Part shown: positions 7,517-12,564 of the stretch, one piece after another | Layout: each line of letters opens with the position of its first letter | How positions within the stretch are numbered: position 1 is the stretch's first letter | Assembly (NCBI GenBank): GCA_045589295.1 | Contig: JAZNOU010000016.1 | Span: 1 to 12,564 of the forward strand | Direction: 5' to 3' | Source: Clostridia bacterium | Lineage (GTDB): Bacteria > Bacillota > Clostridia > RGIG6154 | DNA: 12,564 nucleotides | The notes under the pieces: generated by a model | Told to the model about the DNA's origin: nothing | Database searches by the model: none | The model's input: only the letters and a program-made list of their open reading frames with translations | Translations under genes and position numbers: made by a program

Positions 7517-8986
7517 ATGAGAAAAATGCTGTCATTTGACTTTGGTGCTTCAAGCGGCAGAGCCATTTTAGGAACTTTGGAAAATGGAGTTCTTAAAACA
7601 GAAGAAATGCACAGATTTACAAATGACCCTGTTGAAACTGCAGGTGTTTTCCATTGGGATGTTTTAAGACTTTTTTATGAAATTCAGCAAGGTATTTTAA
7701 AATGTGTTAATGCTGGTCATACCGATATTGAATCAATCGGTATAGATACATGGGGCGTTGATGTTGGATTTTTAGATGCAAAAGGAAGACTCATCGGAAA
7801 TCCTGTTCACTACCGTGATGCAATGACAGATGGAATTATTGAAAAAGCATTTAAAGTTGTACCTGCTGAAAAGCTTTATGATACAACAGGTATTCAGTTT
7901 ATGAAGTTTAATACGCTTTTTCAGCTTCATGCTTTCGATTTGGAAAACTATCAGCCATACAAAAATGCATCAAAAATGCTTTTCATGCCTGACCTTTTAA
8001 ACTATCTTTTAACAGGTGAAATGAAAAGTGAATATTCAATTGCCAGCACATCACAGATGCTGGACGCTGCAAAACGTGATTGGCAGATAGATGTTTTAGA
8101 AAGCTTTGAAATAAACAAAGACATTCTTTGCGAAGTTGTTCAGCCCGGTACTATAATCGGCAGACTTGCAAAAGATTTAGCAGATAAACTTGGTTGTCCG
8201 CAGATTCCGGTTGTGGCAGTTACAGAGCACGATACAGCTTCAGCTGTTGTTGCAGTTCCTGCAGAAGATAAAAACAATGCATTTATTAGTTGCGGAACAT
8301 GGTCGCTTTTGGGTGTTGAACTTGATGAGCCAAACTTAAGTAAAGAAGCTTTTGATGCAGAGTTTACAAACGAGGGCGGTGCTTTTGGAACAATAAGATT
8401 TCTTAAAAATATTATTGGCCTTTGGCTTAATCAGGAATGCAGACGTCACTGGAGAAACAGAGGAGAAGATATTTCATTTGGCGAAATGGCAGAGCTTGCT
8501 GCTAAAGCAGAAGCATTCAAATGCTTTATTGATCCATCAGATGACTCATTTATGGCACCAAAGGATATGCCTCAGGCAGTAAAAGATTATTGCTTAAAGA
8601 CAGGTCAGGCAGTTCCTGAAACTAAGGGTGAAATTGTAAGATGTATTGTTGAAAGTTTAGCACTCACATACAGAAAAGCGATTGAAAACCTTGAAAAAAT
8701 CATTGGCAGACCTATCAATACAATCAATATGGTAGGTGGCGGTATTCAGGATAGAATGCTTTGTAAGTTTACTGCTGAAGCAACAGGAAGAAAAGTAGTT
8801 GCAGGTCCTATTGAAGGTACTGCAATCGGCAACCTTTTGATTCAGGCTTATGCCTTAGGGGAAGTTAAAGATTTAGCTGAAATCAGACAGGTTGTTAAAA
8901 ATTCTGTTCCGCTTGAAACTTATGAACCTGCAAATGGTGATGCTTGGGATAAAGCTTATGAAGAATTTTTAAGGGTGACAAAATAA
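7517..8986 (+). CDS. Rhamnulokinase/fuculokinase-type FGGY sugar kinase (RhaB-like, probably FucK function)
   Basis: DFGASSGR, GIDTWGVD, YRD, TGIQFM, HDTASAV, SCGTWSLLG, FTNEGG and LKNIIGLW are RhaB signatures. Adjacent to fucI. Confidence 0.88.
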   Translation: MRKMLSFDFGASSGRAILGTLENGVLKTEEMHRFTNDPVETAGVFHWDVLRLFYEIQQGILKCVNAGHTDIESIGIDTWGVDVGFLDAKGRLIGNPVHYRDAMTDGIIEKAFKVVPAEKLYDTTGIQFMKFNTLFQLHAFDLENYQPYKNASKMLFMPDLLNYLLTGEMKSEYSIASTSQMLDAAKRDWQIDVLESFEINKDILCEVVQPGTIIGRLAKDLADKLGCPQIPVVAVTEHDTASAVVAVPAEDKNNAFISCGTWSLLGVELDEPNLSKEAFDAEFTNEGGAFGTIRFLKNIIGLWLNQECRRHWRNRGEDISFGEMAELAAKAEAFKCFIDPSDDSFMAPKDMPQAVKDYCLKTGQAVPETKGEIVRCIVESLALTYRKAIENLEKIIGRPINTINMVGGGIQDRMLCKFTAEATGRKVVAGPIEGTAIGNLLIQAYALGEVKDLAEIRQVVKNSVPLETYEPANGDAWDKAYEEFLRVTK

Positions 8987-11140
8987 TTGAGTAATTTAAA
9001 CGATAAACAATTAGAAGCTGTTAATACTATTGACGGTCCTGTGCTTATTTTAGCAGGTGCAGGCAGTGGAAAAACAACTGTATTGATTAACAGAATAGGA
9101 AATATGATAGAAAGCAAGAATATTCCGGCGTGGAATATTCTTGCTATAACCTTTACAAATAAGGCCGCAAACGAAATAAAACAAAGACTTGAAATCTCTT
9201 TAGGAGAGCAGGCTCTTGATATTAACACAGGAACGTTTCATTCCTTGTGTGTAAGAATTTTGCGTCGTGACTGTGAAAGACTGGGATATAAATCTGGATT
9301 TGCAATTTATGACTCAGCAGATCAGCTTACCCTGGTTAAAGATTGTATCAAAGAATTGGGTTACAGTGACAAAGATTTTCCACCAAGACTTATTTTAAGT
9401 ATTATAAGTGATGCAAAAGATAAAATGATTACTGCAGATGCCTTTGAAACTGATTCATCAGGGGACTACAGACTCTCTAAAATTGCGAAGATATATAAAT
9501 TGTATCAGTCAAAATTAAAAAGATTTAATGCTTTTGATTTTGATGATTTAATTATGCAGACAGTTTGTCTCTTGGAAAAAAATCCTGATGTTTTGGAGTA
9601 TTACCAGAGGAAATTTAAATTTATAATGGTAGATGAGTATCAGGATACATCTCATTGTCAGTTCAGACTTGTTTACAATCTTGCAAAGGCACATAATAAT
9701 ATTTGTGTGGTTGGTGATGATGATCAGTCGATTTATAAATTCAGAGGTGCTGATATTTCAAATATACTTGATTTTGAAAAACATTTCAAAAATGCTAAAG
9801 TTATTAAGCTTGAACAAAATTACAGGTCCACAAAGCAAATTTTAGATGCTGCAAATGAAGTTATTAAGAATAACAAGGGCAGAAAGTCAAAAGCTCTTTG
9901 GACGGACAAAACCGACGGCGAAAAAATTATAGGCTTTGAAGCGCAGAATGAGCGTGAGGAAGCTTATTATATTGTTAATAAAATAAATGACCTTATAAAT
10001 GATGGATATAAGTATAAAGATATTGCAGTATTGTTCAGAATGAATGCACAGTCGCGTGTTATAGAAGAAGTTTTTATGAACAATTCTATTCCATACAGAC
10101 TTTTATCAGGCACAAAATTCTATGACAGGAAAGAAATCAAAGACATTGTGGCGTATTTGCGTCTTATTTTAAATCCTGATGATGATATTAGTCTTACAAG
10201 GATTATCAATGAGCCAAAGCGTTCTATTGGTAAAACGACCATTGATAAACTTTCTGTTATTGCAGGCAAATATGGTCTTAGTATATATACTGTGATGAAA
10301 AATCTCGAAAATTATGACGAGCTTTCAAAGTCAGCACAAAAACTTAATGTTTTTGTAAAAATTATTGACGAGCTTGTTGAAATGAGAGATAAAGTTTCAT
10401 TAAATGAACTGGTAAATAAAATGCTTGATAGTACGGGCTACGTAACAGCTTTAGAGCTTGAAAATACTGTTGAAGCAAAAACAAGAATTGAAAATATTAG
10501 AGAGTTCATGTCACTTGTTTTAGAATTTGAAAAAAATGGTGAAACTGGCTCTTTGGAAGAATTTTTAGAAGGCGTAGCATTAGTTTCTGATCTTGATAGT
10601 TTCGATGATGAAAATAATGCGGTTGTTGTTATGACACTTCACAGTGCAAAAGGTCTTGAGTTTCCTGCGGTATTTTTAACAGGTCTTGAGGATGGGATTT
10701 TTCCTTCACAGCGTTCGTTTTCTGAAGAGGGCGGTATAGAAGAAGAAAGAAGACTTTGCTACGTTGGAATAACAAGGGCAAAACAAAAACTCTATCTTTT
10801 AAATTCTAAATCAAGAACAATATTTGGGTCAACTACTTATCAGGTTCCGTCAAGGTTTCTGGATGAAATTCCTGAAGATATGATTGAAAGAACTGGTAAA
10901 AAACAGCCTACACAAGCTGCTATACCGAATAAATTTAATACAATTTTTGACAGAAATCTTAAAATTAACACAGGTAGTACTGATTTTTCTGTGGGTGACA
11001 GAGTAAGTCACTCAAAATTCGGTGAGGGGATAGTTTTAAGTGTTGTGCCAATGGGTAGTGATGCAAAACTTTCTATTGCATTTGACAGTGTCGGAACAAA
11101 AAATCTTATGGCGACATTTGCAAAGCTTAAAAAGCTTTAA
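8987..11140 (+). CDS. pcrA: ATP-dependent DNA helicase PcrA/UvrD
   Basis: AGAGSGKT, TFTNKAA, VDEYQD, VGDDDQSIY, QNYRST, TLHSAKGLEF, EERRLCYVGITRA and a C-terminal Tudor-like GDRVSHSKFGEG. TTG start abuts the kinase stop; RBS AAGGGTG. Confidence 0.96.
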   Translation: MSNLNDKQLEAVNTIDGPVLILAGAGSGKTTVLINRIGNMIESKNIPAWNILAITFTNKAANEIKQRLEISLGEQALDINTGTFHSLCVRILRRDCERLGYKSGFAIYDSADQLTLVKDCIKELGYSDKDFPPRLILSIISDAKDKMITADAFETDSSGDYRLSKIAKIYKLYQSKLKRFNAFDFDDLIMQTVCLLEKNPDVLEYYQRKFKFIMVDEYQDTSHCQFRLVYNLAKAHNNICVVGDDDQSIYKFRGADISNILDFEKHFKNAKVIKLEQNYRSTKQILDAANEVIKNNKGRKSKALWTDKTDGEKIIGFEAQNEREEAYYIVNKINDLINDGYKYKDIAVLFRMNAQSRVIEEVFMNNSIPYRLLSGTKFYDRKEIKDIVAYLRLILNPDDDISLTRIINEPKRSIGKTTIDKLSVIAGKYGLSIYTVMKNLENYDELSKSAQKLNVFVKIIDELVEMRDKVSLNELVNKMLDSTGYVTALELENTVEAKTRIENIREFMSLVLEFEKNGETGSLEEFLEGVALVSDLDSFDDENNAVVVMTLHSAKGLEFPAVFLTGLEDGIFPSQRSFSEEGGIEEERRLCYVGITRAKQKLYLLNSKSRTIFGSTTYQVPSRFLDEIPEDMIERTGKKQPTQAAIPNKFNTIFDRNLKINTGSTDFSVGDRVSHSKFGEGIVLSVVPMGSDAKLSIAFDSVGTKNLMATFAKLKKL

Positions 11141-11151
11141 GGGAGTAAAAA

Positions 11152-11883
11152 ATGAATTGTTACAATGATTTTGCATATATTTACGATAAACTTGTAAGCG
11201 ATGTTGACTATGACAAGTTTTCAGATTGCATACAGCAAATTTTTGAAATGAATAACTTGAAGCCAGAGCTTGTTTTGGAACTTGCATGCGGAACAGGAAA
11301 TTTTACCGAAAGACTTGTCAAAAGCGGGTATGATGTAATTGCACTTGACAGTTCTGAACAAATGCTTGATGTTGCACGCAAAAAGCAAGAAAACGTTTTG
11401 TTTTTAAATCAGGATATGACAGATTTTGAACTTTATGGGACGGTTGATGCAATTGTTTGCGTGCTTGACGGCATAAACTATGTAACAGACAAAAGAAAGC
11501 TTCAAAAGTTATTTAAATTGTGTCATAATTACCTAAACTATGATGGATTGCTTATATTTGATATAAACAGTGAATATAAGCTTAAAAATGTAATTGGAAA
11601 TAACACTTTTGTAAGTGATAATGATGATGTTTTTTATGTTTGGGAAAATGAACTTTTAAAAGACAGAGTGAATTTTTATCTTACATTTTTTGTAAAAGAT
11701 GGGGAAGGTTTTACAAGGTTTGATGAGGTTCATACAGAAAGAATTTATACTGAAAATGAACTTAAACTGATGCTAAAAAAAGCGAATTTTGAAGATATAA
11801 ACGTTTATGCAGATTTTGATGTAAAAAAACCAAATAAAAGGTCGCAAAGATTATTTGTTTGTGCAAAAAAGATTATGAAATAG
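11152..11883 (+). CDS. Class I SAM-dependent methyltransferase (YqeM-like)
   Basis: FAYIYD N-terminus, motif I VLELACGTG, ALDSSEQML, QDM, DGINY, GLLIFD. RBS GGGAG. Confidence 0.88.
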   Translation: MNCYNDFAYIYDKLVSDVDYDKFSDCIQQIFEMNNLKPELVLELACGTGNFTERLVKSGYDVIALDSSEQMLDVARKKQENVLFLNQDMTDFELYGTVDAIVCVLDGINYVTDKRKLQKLFKLCHNYLNYDGLLIFDINSEYKLKNVIGNNTFVSDNDDVFYVWENELLKDRVNFYLTFFVKDGEGFTRFDEVHTERIYTENELKLMLKKANFEDINVYADFDVKKPNKRSQRLFVCAKKIMK

Positions 11884-11886
11884 TTC

Positions 11887-11915
11887 TTGACAGTAAGTGC
11901 TAATTATGGTAACAT
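11887..11915 (+). promoter_or_regulatory. Sigma-A promoter for the cold-shock gene
   Basis: TTGACA (11887-11892), 17-bp spacer, TAACAT (11910-11915), with extended -10 TG at 11907-11908. Confidence 0.75.
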
Positions 11916-11984
11916 TGTACTTGCGTGATAACACGACGAAGAAAGTGAGTTTTTTCAAAAACTCAATGAAAGGAATGAACAAAA

Positions 11985-12185
11985 ATGGCAAAAGGAAAGG
12001 TAAAATGGTTTAATCCTGAAAAAGGATACGGTTTTATCGAAAGTGAAGATGGTACAGATGTATTTGCTCACTTTTCAGCTATCCAGATGGATGGTTACAA
12101 GACTCTTGAAGAAGGAGCAGAAGTTACTTTTGAAGTAAGCGAAGGTGCTAAAGGTCCTCAGGCTACTAACATTCAAAAAGCATAA
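11985..12185 (+). CDS. Cold-shock protein (CspA family)
   Basis: KWFN, RNP1 KGYGFI, RNP2 VFAHFS and GPQA; 66 aa; RBS GAAAGGA. Confidence 0.97.
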   Translation: MAKGKVKWFNPEKGYGFIESEDGTDVFAHFSAIQMDGYKTLEEGAEVTFEVSEGAKGPQATNIQKA

Positions 12186-12279
12186 TTTTACCCTTAAACT
12201 TACTTAGTTTTTGAGTGATATAGCTTTTGAGGCTTTTAAATATATATTTATTTAGTCTCTTAGTAACAACAAGTAAAGC

Positions 12280-12297
12280 AACTGCCTTTTGGCAGTT
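12280..12297. terminator. Probable bidirectional terminator hairpin (partly truncated)
   Basis: AACTGCC-TTTT-GGCAGTT between convergent transcripts. Minus-strand tail GCTTTACTTGTT; plus-strand tail CCATTTTCTT. Confidence 0.6.
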
Positions 12298-12450
12298 CCA
12301 TTTTCTTGTATAACGAAATGGCTCAAGTTCTTCTGAACCTGCATTAACATCCGCAAAAGCCACAAGCTCAAAATCAGGCTGTTCGCTCATGTATAACGCA
12401 ACTTCATTTATGTGCATATGCACAACTCCAATTGCAACTGCTCTTATCAT
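12295..12450 (-). pseudogene. 5' fragment of a Gfo/Idh/MocA-family oxidoreductase
   Basis: Strong RBS AGAGGAG. MIRAVAIGVVHMH...FELVAFAD resembles the family's Rossmann N-terminus. After about 52 codons the frame enters a terminator hairpin and AT-rich intergenic DNA, stopping at 12166 inside the csp gene. Confidence 0.7.
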
Positions 12451-12475
12451 ATTATTTTCTCCTCTATTTTCTATA

Positions 12476-12564
12476 TTATATTTTTTTCTTATAAGGTACA
12501 GATATCACTATACCCAAAAACATTAAACCAAACCAAATAAGAATAAGATTACCCCATCCTATTT
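12476..12564 (-). CDS. 3' end of a membrane protein, probably an MFS transporter (partial, not in the ORF track)
   Basis: The minus frame reads IGWGNLILIWFGLMFLGIVISVPYKKKI then stop (TAA at 12478-12476): a GW motif, a final TM helix and a basic tail, 25 bp before the oxidoreductase start. Confidence 0.65.
   Translation of the reverse strand, partial: IGWGNLILIWFGLMFLGIVISVPYKKKI

Noticed and set aside
8956-11287. Short ORFs 8956-9228, 9633-9845 and 11036-11287
   Set aside because: They overlap pcrA and neighbours and show no family resemblance.
8987-11883. Helicase + methyltransferase pair as a defence or restriction-modification system
   Set aside because: The helicase is a canonical PcrA with a Tudor-like tail. 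The methyltransferase lacks DPPY/NPPY or PCQ DNA-methylase motifs, and no nuclease is present.
12237-12250. Perfect palindrome TAAATATATATTTA
   Set aside because: A/T-only low-complexity sequence, expected by chance in this background.
12475-12480. Minus-strand TATAAT as a promoter for the oxidoreductase remnant
   Set aside because: There is no -35 at proper spacing, and it coincides with the stop codon of the upstream membrane protein gene.

Overview
AT-rich, Clostridia-like (Bacillota) chromosomal window. A minus-strand tRNA-Ser(CGA) (14-105) lies about 250 nt downstream of a consensus sigma-A promoter. The leader between them holds an in-register degenerate second copy of the tRNA 5' half and anticodon, a T-loop-like hairpin, palindromes and phased TAGA repeats, so it may be an att-site scar or a tRNA-like RNA. 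A divergent promoter heads a tightly packed ~11.3-kb plus-strand run: cysE-cysS-mrnC-YitT-split transketolase (N and C)-fucI-RhaB/FucK-type kinase-pcrA-SAM methyltransferase. A cold-shock gene with its own promoter follows. At the right end a convergent minus-strand unit (3' end of a probable MFS transporter, then a Gfo/Idh/MocA oxidoreductase) appears truncated by a deletion running into its terminator. Most genes are ordinary housekeeping or catabolic genes. The best leads are the tRNA leader, the aldolase-less fucI-kinase-transketolase module, and two intergenic hairpins. All calls come from manual motif reading; no searches were run.
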